Shown here: piece after piece, positions 8,085 through 17,735 of the stretch
Layout of the letters: each line of letters starts with the position of its first letter
Numbering within the stretch: the first letter of the stretch is position 1
NCBI GenBank assembly: GCA_043810775.1
Contig: JBDRNU010000026.1
Span: forward strand, 1-64,000
Direction of reading: 5' to 3'
DNA: 64,000 nt
Source: an archaeon
Lineage (GTDB): Archaea; Nanobdellota; Nanobdellia; Pacearchaeales; GW2011-AR1
Position numbers and translations under genes: made by a program
Notes under the pieces: model-generated
Told to the model about the DNA's origin: nothing
Seen by the model: the letters and a program-made list of their open reading frames with translations, nothing else
Databases searched by the model: none

Positions 8085-8744
8085 TTATTTAAGTAAATTC
8101 TCCACTTCTTCAACACTCATTAGTTCTGTAATCTGGTATTTTTCATCTATCAATAAGCAAGGAACCTCACTAATATTATATTTAGCCATTAACAAATCCA
8201 GCGAATCAACTTGCAAGTCAGTTGCAATAGGAATCAGCAAGATTTCGTTGCCTCTCTTTTCCTTTAAATCAAGAGCAATTTTGGAAAAAACATTTTGAAA
8301 AGACTTAGTCTGAATTGGAGTATCCTCATAATCATATAAATAAACTACAGTATGAAAGCTATCATCACAGTTTTCCTTTATCTTAATGCTATTTACCCAC
8401 AGCATAGTTCTAAGAATATCATATCTCTTATGGGCAATTTTCAGTTCATCACTAATTTTACTGGAAGAATCATAATCCTCCAAAGTTCTGGCTTCCCAGT
8501 AAATCCTGTCAGCAAATTCAACATTTTTTTTCACAGCTAGTTCACAATCAAGATTAAAATCAGAAAATAAGTCACTCTGCAGCCTTAAGTCCATTAAATC
8601 TACCTGAGAATCTAAATAAAGATAATCCACTCTCTGTGTCCTAAAATTCTCAACTAAAGCCCCTATAAGCATTCCAAAGAAAAAAATCAGCATTGCTACT
8701 AGTAAAGCCTGCCAAAACACGTGCTTTTGATTTTTAACTACCAT
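8085..8744 (-). CDS. Membrane-anchored hypothetical protein
   Basis: N-terminal TM helix; start overlaps the glycosyltransferase stop. Confidence 0.7.
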   Translation of the reverse strand: MVVKNQKHVFWQALLVAMLIFFFGMLIGALVENFRTQRVDYLYLDSQVDLMDLRLQSDLFSDFNLDCELAVKKNVEFADRIYWEARTLEDYDSSSKISDELKIAHKRYDILRTMLWVNSIKIKENCDDSFHTVVYLYDYEDTPIQTKSFQNVFSKIALDLKEKRGNEILLIPIATDLQVDSLDLLMAKYNISEVPCLLIDEKYQITELMSVEEVENLLK

Positions 8745-9964
8745 TTGTATTTCTTCCTAGCTAGCCTGTAAACTGCAAAAACTAAAAGTATAGGTATTGC
8801 AGTTAAATACACTAAAGTATAAAACACAAGGTTAAAATAATTTTCCTTTTTCAACTGGTCTTCTTTCATAACCCTTAATGAAAAAAGAGTGAAAAACAAT
8901 CCAAGAATAAATAGCATTATTCCAAAATAAATTAAAATTGAAGGTGTCAAGTTTAAATCCTGCATAGTCAAAATAGCTGTCTGGGCATAAATTGAATAAG
9001 AAGTTGAAAGATAAGCTTTTAAAATCCTCTGCAAAAACAAGTAAGTAAATAATCCCAGCCCAAACAATCCTAAAAAAAGAGATACAACAAAAAATGGCAG
9101 AATAAAATACCCCAGCATGTTTCTCCTGAAAAATATGCCTTTATACTTATTTATTGTCTGTATTCCACCCATATTCCACCTCACCCTCTGCCTAAACCAC
9201 TTCTTAAAAGTAGAAGGGGCAGTAGTATAAGTTTTAGCTGCAAGGCACATCTTTGCCTTGTATCCATTATATACTAAGTGCCAGGTAACCTCAATATCCT
9301 CAGTCATATTCTTAGGATCAAAACCTCCAATCTCTCTTAAAGCTGATGCCCTGTAAATGCTCAAAGGCCCGTTAGTCACATAAACAGAATCCACATAATC
9401 CAGCATTTTTCTGGTCCATGCAATCACAGTATACTCAAAAGCCTGCAAAGTTTCAATAAACTTATTATTCTCCCTGACTAGTATGGAATTTGTAACTGCT
9501 CCAACCTTGCTGTCATTAAAAAAACCTATCATCTTTTCCATTGAGTCTTTCAAAGGATAAGAATCAGAATCAGTAACAGCCATTAGCTCTCCCTTAACTA
9601 GCTTGAGTACCTTATTCAAGCTATTAGCCTTTCCCAGATTTTTCCCATTATCAACTAGTATCAAATTTTTATACTCTTTTTTTAGTTTAAGTATAATTTC
9701 TTTTGTCTTGTCAATAGAGCCGTCATTTATCACAATCACTTCATATAAAGGATAAGTTGAGTCAAATACATGCCTGATTGTAGTCTCAATTGTCTCTTCT
9801 TCATTATAAGCTGGAATAACTACACTTAGCCTGTATTTCTTTCTAGCTCTTGGATAATCAAAAAGAGTTTTTCTATTTTTAAGATAAATTAAAATAAAAA
9901 AACTCATCATATAAATTCCAATGAACATATACGCTAAATATATAATAGTAAGTATCTCTACCAT
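8738..9964 (-). CDS. Processive GT2 glycosyltransferase (PgaC/IcaA/cellulose-synthase-like)
   Basis: IPAYNEE, NDGS, DSD, TED and QRVRW motifs plus TM helices. Confidence 0.92.
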   Translation of the reverse strand: MVEILTIIYLAYMFIGIYMMSFFILIYLKNRKTLFDYPRARKKYRLSVVIPAYNEEETIETTIRHVFDSTYPLYEVIVINDGSIDKTKEIILKLKKEYKNLILVDNGKNLGKANSLNKVLKLVKGELMAVTDSDSYPLKDSMEKMIGFFNDSKVGAVTNSILVRENNKFIETLQAFEYTVIAWTRKMLDYVDSVYVTNGPLSIYRASALREIGGFDPKNMTEDIEVTWHLVYNGYKAKMCLAAKTYTTAPSTFKKWFRQRVRWNMGGIQTINKYKGIFFRRNMLGYFILPFFVVSLFLGLFGLGLFTYLFLQRILKAYLSTSYSIYAQTAILTMQDLNLTPSILIYFGIMLFILGLFFTLFSLRVMKEDQLKKENYFNLVFYTLVYLTAIPILLVFAVYRLARKKYKW

Positions 9965-10084
9965 TTTGAATATTAACTAACTCTATGCAGGGAGTTAATG
10001 AGGTGAGGTAATATCTTACATCAGTAAGATTTAGTCTCGCTGTTTGCCAAGCTTTATAAAGCTTGACTTACCATTTTGAATATT
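9959..10084. repeat. Dispersed hairpin element copy B between perfect 16-bp direct repeats
   Basis: taccattttgaatatt at 9959-9974 and 10069-10084; the repeat contains the GT2 start codon. Confidence 0.9.
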
Positions 10085-10141
10085 GAAATATCCCCAGTCT
10101 AAATTTATTCTTTTTTCTCTTCTTCTTTCTGTCAGAAATAC

Positions 10142-10699
10142 TTACTGATGTTCGTATTTCTGAGCATCCAAAAAACTCTCAGATTTGCCAGAGTTTTTTT
10201 GATTTCCAACAGCAAAATAATCATAAAAATTCTCGCTTAAGCTCAGCTCCTTAGTCCTTCCAGCTTTCTTAGCTCTTATTAAGCCTAGCTCTGCAAAATT
10301 CTTTACATGTTCATAAGCCTTATTGCCTCTAATCTTAATAATTACAGACTGTTTAACTGGCTGTTTATAAGCAATAATTGCAAGTGTTTCTTGTTCTGCC
10401 CTTGTAAACTCAGCTGAACCAGTAGCCAGCCGATTAACCATTTCCATATGCTCCTGCTTAACATCCATTTTCCAGCTATTATCCTTTCTCACAATCTCAA
10501 TTCCAGAATCATCACTATACTTATCCTCTAGCTTGGAAATAATCTCCTTTAACATAATAGGGTTAACATCAGTCAGAGCCACTAGCTCTTGCAAGCTAAG
10601 ATACCTTCCAGAAATAAACAAGGCTGCCTCTATTTTCTTCAGGCTGTTAATTTCTATTGCCCTGTCCAAATCCTCATTTGTTTTTTTAGATAAATCCAT
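10142..10699 (-). CDS. scpB: SMC-Scp complex subunit ScpB
   Basis: IEAALF, ETLAIIAYKQPV, IIKIRG motifs. Confidence 0.92.
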   Translation of the reverse strand: MDLSKKTNEDLDRAIEINSLKKIEAALFISGRYLSLQELVALTDVNPIMLKEIISKLEDKYSDDSGIEIVRKDNSWKMDVKQEHMEMVNRLATGSAEFTRAEQETLAIIAYKQPVKQSVIIKIRGNKAYEHVKNFAELGLIRAKKAGRTKELSLSENFYDYFAVGNQKNSGKSESFLDAQKYEHQ

Positions 10700-10885
10700 A
10701 AAGAAATAATAATTTCAGTATTTTTAAAATGTATGCTAATCAAAAAGATTATCAGAACACTGACTTCTGCCCTAAATAAACAACAACATGAGTAAACCTA
10801 TCACTTCCAGGTGATTTAATAGCTTCATCACTTTCTGCTCCATCTTCAACATGATAAACAACTTCATTTACTTTGTACATCCCGC

Positions 10886-11098
10886 TTAAAGAATTAAAGC
10901 GTCAATTATAACTAACACAACTCCCACTAAAGTCAGTATTACTATTGCCCATCCAGCAGCTACTGATAATGTCACTAAATAAGGAACTGTCAAAGTCTTA
11001 GAAATCATACCATGGCCTACAGCCAGTGATACTAAAACACCAACTAGCCACGCTAAAAAGCTCCATACCTTAGATAAAGTGCCTGATTTTTTTGCCAT
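10886..11098 (-). CDS. Small 2-TM membrane protein
   Basis: 70 aa, two hydrophobic segments, GGAGG SD upstream. Confidence 0.75.
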   Translation of the reverse strand: MAKKSGTLSKVWSFLAWLVGVLVSLAVGHGMISKTLTVPYLVTLSVAAGWAIVILTLVGVVLVIIDALIL

Positions 11099-11163
11099 TT
11101 TTTACCTCCTTTTAGATAAGTTAACAAGGTTAAATTTATATTTAAACCTTGCTTTAATAATAA

Positions 11164-11673
11164 ATGAAAAAAATGGGGAAAATATTAATTCCAATAACCA
11201 TATTACTCATAATAATACTCAGTTTACTCATAATTAGGGCTTTTTCAGAAAAACAGCTTGATGATGTCTCTCCAACAGTTACTTGCTCTCCTGAACTGCT
11301 TGAAAAAGCAGATGTTCTTTATATTATCCCCAGCTATAAAAACCAAAATATTTCATCTAATCAAGAATGGTGCCGCTCTATTCTCTTGCTAAATAAAAAA
11401 CTTGCTCTTCACGGAGTTTATCATACTTACAAGGAATTTTCAACTGACAGAAGCAAGGAATATCTTGAAAAAGGAATAAAAGAATTTGAAAACTGTTTTA
11501 ATCTCAAGCCAGAAGAATTTAAATCACCCCAGCTAGCCACCTCAATCACTAATAAAAAACTAATAAAAAATAATAATTTAAAGCTAAATGGGATAGCTAA
11601 TCAAATTTTCCATAAAGTCTATCACTGCGATAATTCTGGAACTTTTCCTAATTGGCTTATGAACTGGATTTAG
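11164..11673 (+). CDS. Exported polysaccharide-deacetylase-like protein (DUF2334-like)
   Basis: N-terminal TM, LDDV.P, LHGVYH metal-binding motif, F..P. Confidence 0.7.
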   Translation: MKKMGKILIPITILLIIILSLLIIRAFSEKQLDDVSPTVTCSPELLEKADVLYIIPSYKNQNISSNQEWCRSILLLNKKLALHGVYHTYKEFSTDRSKEYLEKGIKEFENCFNLKPEEFKSPQLATSITNKKLIKNNNLKLNGIANQIFHKVYHCDNSGTFPNWLMNWI

Positions 11674-12238
11674 CTGAAATTCTTTCATGCTGAGGATGCC
11701 ACATACTACACCAATTATTATTTCTAATGTTCACCCCATATTTTTCTGAATGTAATTTTGATAATACAACATTAATAATATCTATCGGCATTTCACCACC
11801 AATATTAAAAACTATCACTCCAGTTTTCTTTTTAATAACTCTCAACATTTCTCTTAAAGCCATTTCTGTATTTATGCTCTTTGGATACCATCCAACAGCT
11901 TTAGTAGAATAAGCAAAATCAAATGATTCATCTTTAAAAGGTAATTCTTCTGCCAAAGCTCTTAAACTTTTATTAGGAAAAGCAGGTTTTATTATTCTAT
12001 AAACAATTCCATCACCATTTCCCATAATTCTTCCAAGATTAGGATCAATACCAAACAAATTCTCAGCTTCTCCAAGTTGTTCTCCATAAAAACCACAACC
12101 AACATCAAGAATCATCTTCCTACTTTCTTCTTCACTAAACCCAATTCCTGCCAAACCGTGATCCCAGCCATCGCTAACATTAGTGCAATAATTATAAGAA
12201 GTTCTATCAAAATTTACTGATGAATTAATATTTTTCAT
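11657..12238 (-). CDS. Class I SAM-dependent methyltransferase
   Basis: ILDVGCG, GID, AEELPFKDESFD, ALREMLRV motifs. Confidence 0.85.
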   Translation of the reverse strand: MKNINSSVNFDRTSYNYCTNVSDGWDHGLAGIGFSEEESRKMILDVGCGFYGEQLGEAENLFGIDPNLGRIMGNGDGIVYRIIKPAFPNKSLRALAEELPFKDESFDFAYSTKAVGWYPKSINTEMALREMLRVIKKKTGVIVFNIGGEMPIDIINVVLSKLHSEKYGVNIRNNNWCSMWHPQHERISAKSSS

Positions 12239-12288
12239 AGAAAACTATTAAAATAATAATTCTTAAACTTTTCTAATTTAAAGCTTCC

Positions 12289-12516
12289 CTAACTTATAAA
12301 CAAGTAGACTAATATTATAGCAATAATAACAACAACAATCCAAAACCACTTACTTTTAAGCAATGAAGAAAAAAAGCCTTTTGTTTGCTTAGCTTCTGAC
12401 TTTGTCCTTGAACCTGTATTTTTAACTCTCTGAACAGTGTTTATTGTTTTGTCAATTGGATTCAAGACACTATTAACCTTGTCTGATGCCCTGCTTAATG
12501 AATCTAGTGCTCCCAT
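12289..12516 (-). CDS. Small tail-anchored membrane protein
   Basis: Start moved to MGALDS (GGAG upstream); helical N-terminal part, basic/Trp juxtamembrane segment, C-terminal TM. Confidence 0.7.
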   Translation of the reverse strand: MGALDSLSRASDKVNSVLNPIDKTINTVQRVKNTGSRTKSEAKQTKGFFSSLLKSKWFWIVVVIIAIILVYLFIS

Positions 12517-12578
12517 TTTAAATCTCCATAACACCTCTTTAATACAATAATTTCTAATGCTTTTTAAATTTTCCTGAA

Positions 12579-13661
12579 TTACAGCTGAAATCTCAGCAAA
12601 GCCCCAATTCCACCCAAATTCCAAAACTGCTCGCCTTCTGGAGTTTCAACAGAAACAATCTCAACTGTCGCAGAAATAGCTTCACCAGCCTGCCTTAACT
12701 CTTTTATTACATCTTTTTTTAGCTTCTTGCTTAAAATTAAAATATTCACAGCGCCGTATTTTAAAGCTCTCTTAACCTCGCTTAATCCATAAGAAACCTT
12801 CTCAGGTCTCTTGCCAAGAGTTTCAAAAAAATTCTCTAATAGCTTTTTTTCCTTAATAATTTCCTGCTGGGCAAGAACATCCTGGCTTAGCTCTACTAAG
12901 TCCTCTAATCCAGATTCATCAGTATTTCCTAAATCCTTTACAGCAATGACCATATCCTTTAGCTTAGTTACTAACTGCCCCTGGTCTAAAAAATCCTCCT
13001 TAGTTGGAATAGGGCCTCCAATCAGTATCCCCTTTAATCTAGGCATATCAAAAAACAACTCTTTCATTGCATCTGCAATTCTTCTGAAAAAATCCTTAGC
13101 CAGCCCTTCAGTAATCCTATGAAATCTCTGGCTTGATTGACCGCCAGCCCTGACTTTCCCAGGCACTCCTGAAGTCATTTTTCTTAGTAATTTAATCTGC
13201 TTTCCTTCTAATAATCCAATACTGGCCTCTTTCCTGTCCATAACAAGCAGTCCATAAACCTCTTCAACTTTAGTCATATCTTTTAATGGCTCTATTACAA
13301 AAGTCTGGTCGCATCTATAAAGTCTTGTCTTCATAGGCTGTGGCGGCTCAATAGTCCATAATTGTATATTTTCCTGACCCTCTTGCTCAGATACATTTCC
13401 AGCAAAAACAGCCATCCCATTTTTAGGGGTTTCCTTATACAACTTTAACTCGCGGGAAATTCTCTCTAAGCTATCTAAAACAGCTTTCCTGGTATTCTTG
13501 CTTTTAATATTTACAGCTGTAGATTTTTCAGCATCAATTTGCTTAGCTACTGCATTAATATTAAATCCAGCAGGTATATACACAGTTATTAGTTCAGTAT
13601 GCCTGCCCCTGATTTTTTCCAGCTCTTCAATCAGCTCTTCAAATTCATATTGTTCTGTCAT
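12579..13661 (-). CDS. prf1: Peptide chain release factor aRF1
   Basis: NIKS, YRCD and GGQS motifs. Confidence 0.96.
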   Translation of the reverse strand: MTEQYEFEELIEELEKIRGRHTELITVYIPAGFNINAVAKQIDAEKSTAVNIKSKNTRKAVLDSLERISRELKLYKETPKNGMAVFAGNVSEQEGQENIQLWTIEPPQPMKTRLYRCDQTFVIEPLKDMTKVEEVYGLLVMDRKEASIGLLEGKQIKLLRKMTSGVPGKVRAGGQSSQRFHRITEGLAKDFFRRIADAMKELFFDMPRLKGILIGGPIPTKEDFLDQGQLVTKLKDMVIAVKDLGNTDESGLEDLVELSQDVLAQQEIIKEKKLLENFFETLGKRPEKVSYGLSEVKRALKYGAVNILILSKKLKKDVIKELRQAGEAISATVEIVSVETPEGEQFWNLGGIGALLRFQL

Positions 13662-13662
13662 G

Positions 13663-15984
13663 TTAAATAAACTCAACTCCTAATTTACCTTCTTTAATTT
13701 CCCTGCAATTATGCGCCTTAATCAAGTCACTCTTAAATTTCACTAAAGACTTGGGAATATGCAAGGATTTAATTTCAGATTTTAAGCTCAAGCCCTTGTC
13801 TTTTTTTTCTTTCCATACAAGGCTGTTAAGCTCAACGAGCTCTTTTGTTTCTTGAATTTCCTTGAACTTGTTTTTAAAGAATTTCTCGCTATTAATATCC
13901 TTACCATAAAGCTCTTCAGATATATAATCACACATAAAAGGAGTAATTGGACTTAGCAAAATTAAAACACTCCTCAAACAATAGTGTAAAGTATAAAGCG
14001 CAGACTTGTCATTACTATAAGCCCTTGACTTTACTAATTCAAGATAATTGCTTGCAAATAAATTCCAGACAAAATTCCTGATTGCATTGCTTGGTATAAA
14101 AAAATTAAACTCACTATATCCTTTTTCACATTCTGCTGCAAGATTTTCTAATTCAGATACTATCCATTTATCTAGCTCTTCAAGTTTAGCTGGCTTTTTT
14201 TCTTCCTTGAAACTAGAAATAAATCTGGCAACATTCCAGAATTTAGATAAAAACTTGCTTGCAACCTCAATCCTAGCTTCAGAGCATCTAAAATCACTTC
14301 CTAATGCAGCTTCAGATGCTGCCCAAAATCTAAAAGCATCTCCGCCGTATTTTTCTATTATAGGAATAGGGTCAACTACATTGCCCTTGCTTTTGCTCAT
14401 TCTCTCACCTTTCTCATCTAGCCCAGAACCCATCACCCAGGCAGATTTCCAAGCCTGCTTATCAGTTAGCTGATAACATCTTAATAAAGTATAATATAGC
14501 CAAGTTCTCACAATATCCTTTCCCTGAGGCCTTATTGAATTAGGAAATGTCTTGTTGAAAAAATTCTTGTCTTTTTGAAACTTTGAAATATACAGTGGCG
14601 AAATGCTTGAGTCCATCCAGGTATCAAAAGTCCTTTCATCACCTTTCCAATCACTTGCACCACACTTGCATTTTTCTTTTATTTTCTGCTTCCAAGGCTG
14701 ATGATAGGTTTTATAATCTGCCTTGGGAACATAAATCTTCTCGCAAGAAGTGCATCTCCAAACAGGAACCTCTGTTCCATAATATCTTCTTCTTGAAATA
14801 GGCCAGTCCATGCTCACAGAATTAATCCAGTTAACTAACAACTGCCTGTTCATCTCTGGATAAAAAACTAGTTTTTCAGAAAATTTCTTTAAAATAGGCA
14901 GAAAATCAAGCTGTTTCAGATAAAACTCATTCATGGAAATAATCTCAATAGGGGTATTGCTCCTCTCACAAGTGGGAGTCCTGTGATTTATTTTTTCAGT
15001 TTTTTCAATTTTCCCCTCTTTTTCCAAATCTGCAATAATTTTTTTCCTTGCCTCCAATATTTTTAATCCTTTATAATCTCCTGCCTTTTCAGTCATCTTA
15101 CCCTGCTTATCTATAGCAATTATTTCTTGTAATTTCAGCTCACGAAAAATTCTTACATCATCATAATCTCCATAAGAGCAAATCATTACAGCTCCAGAGC
15201 CAAACTCAGGCTTTGCATAGTTATGGGCAACTATTTCTACCTCCCTCTCAAATAAAGGAATAAATGCATGCTTTCCACCCAATCCTTTATATCTCTCATC
15301 CTTAGGATTAAACATCACCACCTGGCAAGCACATAATAATTCAGGCCTAGTAGTGGCAATTACTATATCTTTTCCTGTTTCCTTGACTCTGAATTTAATA
15401 TGCACTAATTCCGTAGGAATTTCCTCATAGCTTATTTCTGCATCTGCAATAGTAGTTCCGCAATCTACACAATAATTATTCGGCCTTGTATCTTCATAAA
15501 TTAATTTCTTATTCCATAGCTCAATAAAAGTAGATTGTGTCAAAGCCCTGTATTCTTTAGAGTCAGTCCTGTAATAATTTTTAAATTCACAGGACATACC
15601 CATATTTTTCATAATTTCAAGCATCTCAGCTTCTAAGTCATCTAAAGCTACAGAACAGAGCTCTACAAATTTCTCTCTGGGAGTAGAATGCATCTTTATC
15701 TTATTCTTTTTCTCAGTATATCTTTCAACCGGAAGCCCATTTCTGTCTATCCCTATTGGAAAATGCACATTCTTACACTGCATTCTCGCTGTTCTTGCTA
15801 TCATGTCTATCTGAGAATAATGTGCTGCAGCTCCAATATGCCAAGGTCTTCCTGAAGGATATGGCGGTGGCGTATCTATGGCAAAATTATCTTTTCCTGG
15901 CTTAAAGCTAAAAGTATCATTTTTCTGCCACTTCTTAGCTATCTTCTTTTCTATTTCCCTATTCCAGGATTTTTCTTTAAGCAT
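13663..15984 (-). CDS. valS: Valine--tRNA ligase
   Basis: DTPPPY, HIGA, ATTRPE, DTWMDSS, RMSKS. Confidence 0.95.
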   Translation of the reverse strand: MLKEKSWNREIEKKIAKKWQKNDTFSFKPGKDNFAIDTPPPYPSGRPWHIGAAAHYSQIDMIARTARMQCKNVHFPIGIDRNGLPVERYTEKKNKIKMHSTPREKFVELCSVALDDLEAEMLEIMKNMGMSCEFKNYYRTDSKEYRALTQSTFIELWNKKLIYEDTRPNNYCVDCGTTIADAEISYEEIPTELVHIKFRVKETGKDIVIATTRPELLCACQVVMFNPKDERYKGLGGKHAFIPLFEREVEIVAHNYAKPEFGSGAVMICSYGDYDDVRIFRELKLQEIIAIDKQGKMTEKAGDYKGLKILEARKKIIADLEKEGKIEKTEKINHRTPTCERSNTPIEIISMNEFYLKQLDFLPILKKFSEKLVFYPEMNRQLLVNWINSVSMDWPISRRRYYGTEVPVWRCTSCEKIYVPKADYKTYHQPWKQKIKEKCKCGASDWKGDERTFDTWMDSSISPLYISKFQKDKNFFNKTFPNSIRPQGKDIVRTWLYYTLLRCYQLTDKQAWKSAWVMGSGLDEKGERMSKSKGNVVDPIPIIEKYGGDAFRFWAASEAALGSDFRCSEARIEVASKFLSKFWNVARFISSFKEEKKPAKLEELDKWIVSELENLAAECEKGYSEFNFFIPSNAIRNFVWNLFASNYLELVKSRAYSNDKSALYTLHYCLRSVLILLSPITPFMCDYISEELYGKDINSEKFFKNKFKEIQETKELVELNSLVWKEKKDKGLSLKSEIKSLHIPKSLVKFKSDLIKAHNCREIKEGKLGVEFI

Positions 15985-16034
15985 ATCTGTCCATATTAAC
16001 TAAATCTTTTAAACCTTACTGCCTATTATTTAGC

Positions 16035-16652
16035 ATGAATCAAAAAGCAAAACTAGCTGTCTCACAGCTGAAGAAAATTGAAAAGCTCACAGATAAAAAT
16101 ATGTTGCTTGCAGCAGACTGGCACAAGTCTTGGGAAGTCCTGATTTCAACTATGCTGTCAGCGCAGACAAAGGACGAGACTACAATAAAAATTTCCCATA
16201 TTCTTTATAAAAAATACCCCACCTTAAAAAGCCTGTCAAAAGCAAGAATAAAAGATATTGAAAAAATTATTCACCCTGTTAATTACTATAAAACTAAATC
16301 TAGGAATATCAAGAAAACAGCTAAGATGCTCGCTTGCAGGAATAATTGCAAAATTCCAAGAAATATTCATAAGCTCCTAGAACTTCCAGGAGTAGGAAGA
16401 AAAACAGCTAATGTATTCCTCGCAGTTCATAATAAGCCTGCAATAGGAGTTGATACTCATGTTTTCTATCTTGCCCAAATTTTAGGCTGGACAAGGCACA
16501 AGAACAAAGTTAAAATAGAAAAAGATCTCGAGCAGTTATTTCCTAAAAAATACTGGATATCCATAAACTATATTCTTGTAAGATTTGGCAGAACTTTTAA
16601 TACAAGGAAAAAGCAGGTTGATAAATTGCGGGAAATGAAGATAATCAAGTGA
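16035..16652 (+). CDS. nth: Endonuclease III (HhH-GPD glycosylase) without the C-terminal Fe-S cysteines
   Basis: LSAQT, LPGVGRKTA, VDTHV; no CX6CX2CX5C. Confidence 0.9.
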   Translation: MNQKAKLAVSQLKKIEKLTDKNMLLAADWHKSWEVLISTMLSAQTKDETTIKISHILYKKYPTLKSLSKARIKDIEKIIHPVNYYKTKSRNIKKTAKMLACRNNCKIPRNIHKLLELPGVGRKTANVFLAVHNKPAIGVDTHVFYLAQILGWTRHKNKVKIEKDLEQLFPKKYWISINYILVRFGRTFNTRKKQVDKLREMKIIK

Positions 16653-17640
16653 AGGCAGGATAACAGCCAGGAAACAAGTCAAGCTTGAATTCCCTAGATA
16701 CAATGCAAAAATCATGATTCTTGACTATATCCGGAAACTTCTCTTTTAAATCAAGTATAATCTCCTGAAATTTATCATAGCTTTCCAGCTCAAAATCAAT
16801 CTCAATATCCCACTCACCTATAACTCTTTGAGGCCATACAGCTCCCTGAATAGTCGATATATAATTCATAAATTTAGATAGCCTTTCATGCGGAGAGTTC
16901 GCCAGATAAATAATTAACTTGCAAAAGATTCTTTTCATAGCTCTAGGATTTAAGTGAGCCCTATAAGCAAGAATAATCTTCTTTTTTTCAAGCTCTTTAA
17001 TCCTATACTGAACAATTCTTGGAGTAGCTTTAATTTTTTGTGAAATCTCTACTAAGGGGATTCTGGCATTATTAGCAATTATCTTGATTAAGCCCAAGTC
17101 AAGCTCATCTGCTTTTTCCTGCTCATCTTTTGTTGTGTGGTAGACTATTTTAGAAATTTCTTTTTTTTTATTTTTTAAAAATTCCCTTTTTTGGTGAGAT
17201 AAATAAATTGTGGTAGTTATTGACTTTTCCTGAATAAATTTGGAAAACTTATTAAGAACCGTCTGAACTTCATCGTCAAGCTCATTTACATTCCTAACAA
17301 GAAATCCCACAATTAAATCCCATCTTCCAGTGGTAAGGGCTACCCATTCAGTTTTTTTATGGTTGCAAAAATATTTTGCAATTTCATCTGCTTTTTCCTT
17401 ATCTGCATTTGTAAATCTCAAATATAGCTTGAACTTTACAACACCTAGCTTGAAATAATTAATAATTGTATGAAACCTTAAAATAATCCCTTTCTCAATT
17501 AGTTTATCAATTCTATACTTAACCACTTCCTTGCTTAAGCCAATTTTTCTTCCAATCTGATTATTTGACTGCCTTGCATTGCTGTCTAATTCTGCCAGGA
17601 TTTTAATATCCCTCTTATCAAGTCCATAAATTTCACTCAT
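16645..17640 (-). CDS. Tandem (double) Lrp/AsnC-family transcriptional regulator
   Basis: Two HTH plus RAM modules (LDKRDIKIL..L..NAR...GRWD; LDLGLIKII..NAR...GEWD). Confidence 0.88.
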   Translation of the reverse strand: MSEIYGLDKRDIKILAELDSNARQSNNQIGRKIGLSKEVVKYRIDKLIEKGIILRFHTIINYFKLGVVKFKLYLRFTNADKEKADEIAKYFCNHKKTEWVALTTGRWDLIVGFLVRNVNELDDEVQTVLNKFSKFIQEKSITTTIYLSHQKREFLKNKKKEISKIVYHTTKDEQEKADELDLGLIKIIANNARIPLVEISQKIKATPRIVQYRIKELEKKKIILAYRAHLNPRAMKRIFCKLIIYLANSPHERLSKFMNYISTIQGAVWPQRVIGEWDIEIDFELESYDKFQEIILDLKEKFPDIVKNHDFCIVSREFKLDLFPGCYPAFT

Positions 17641-17735
17641 TATTTAACATAATTACATTTAGTATTTAAATTTTGTTATTTTGATAAATATTTAGCAAAT
17701 AAGTTTTATCTATTATAAATAACCACTTTTTAGTA

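Noticed and set aside
7151-10068. Hairpin elements as integron attC sites or known self-cleaving ribozymes
   Set aside because: Terminal GTT is not conserved (gttgac versus cttgac), they form serial hairpins instead of one palindrome, and no hammerhead, twister, pistol or HDV core was recognised by eye
10752-10880. 42-aa minus-strand ORF (MYKVNEVVY...)
   Set aside because: Short, with no recognisable motif; could be a gene remnant but is unsupported
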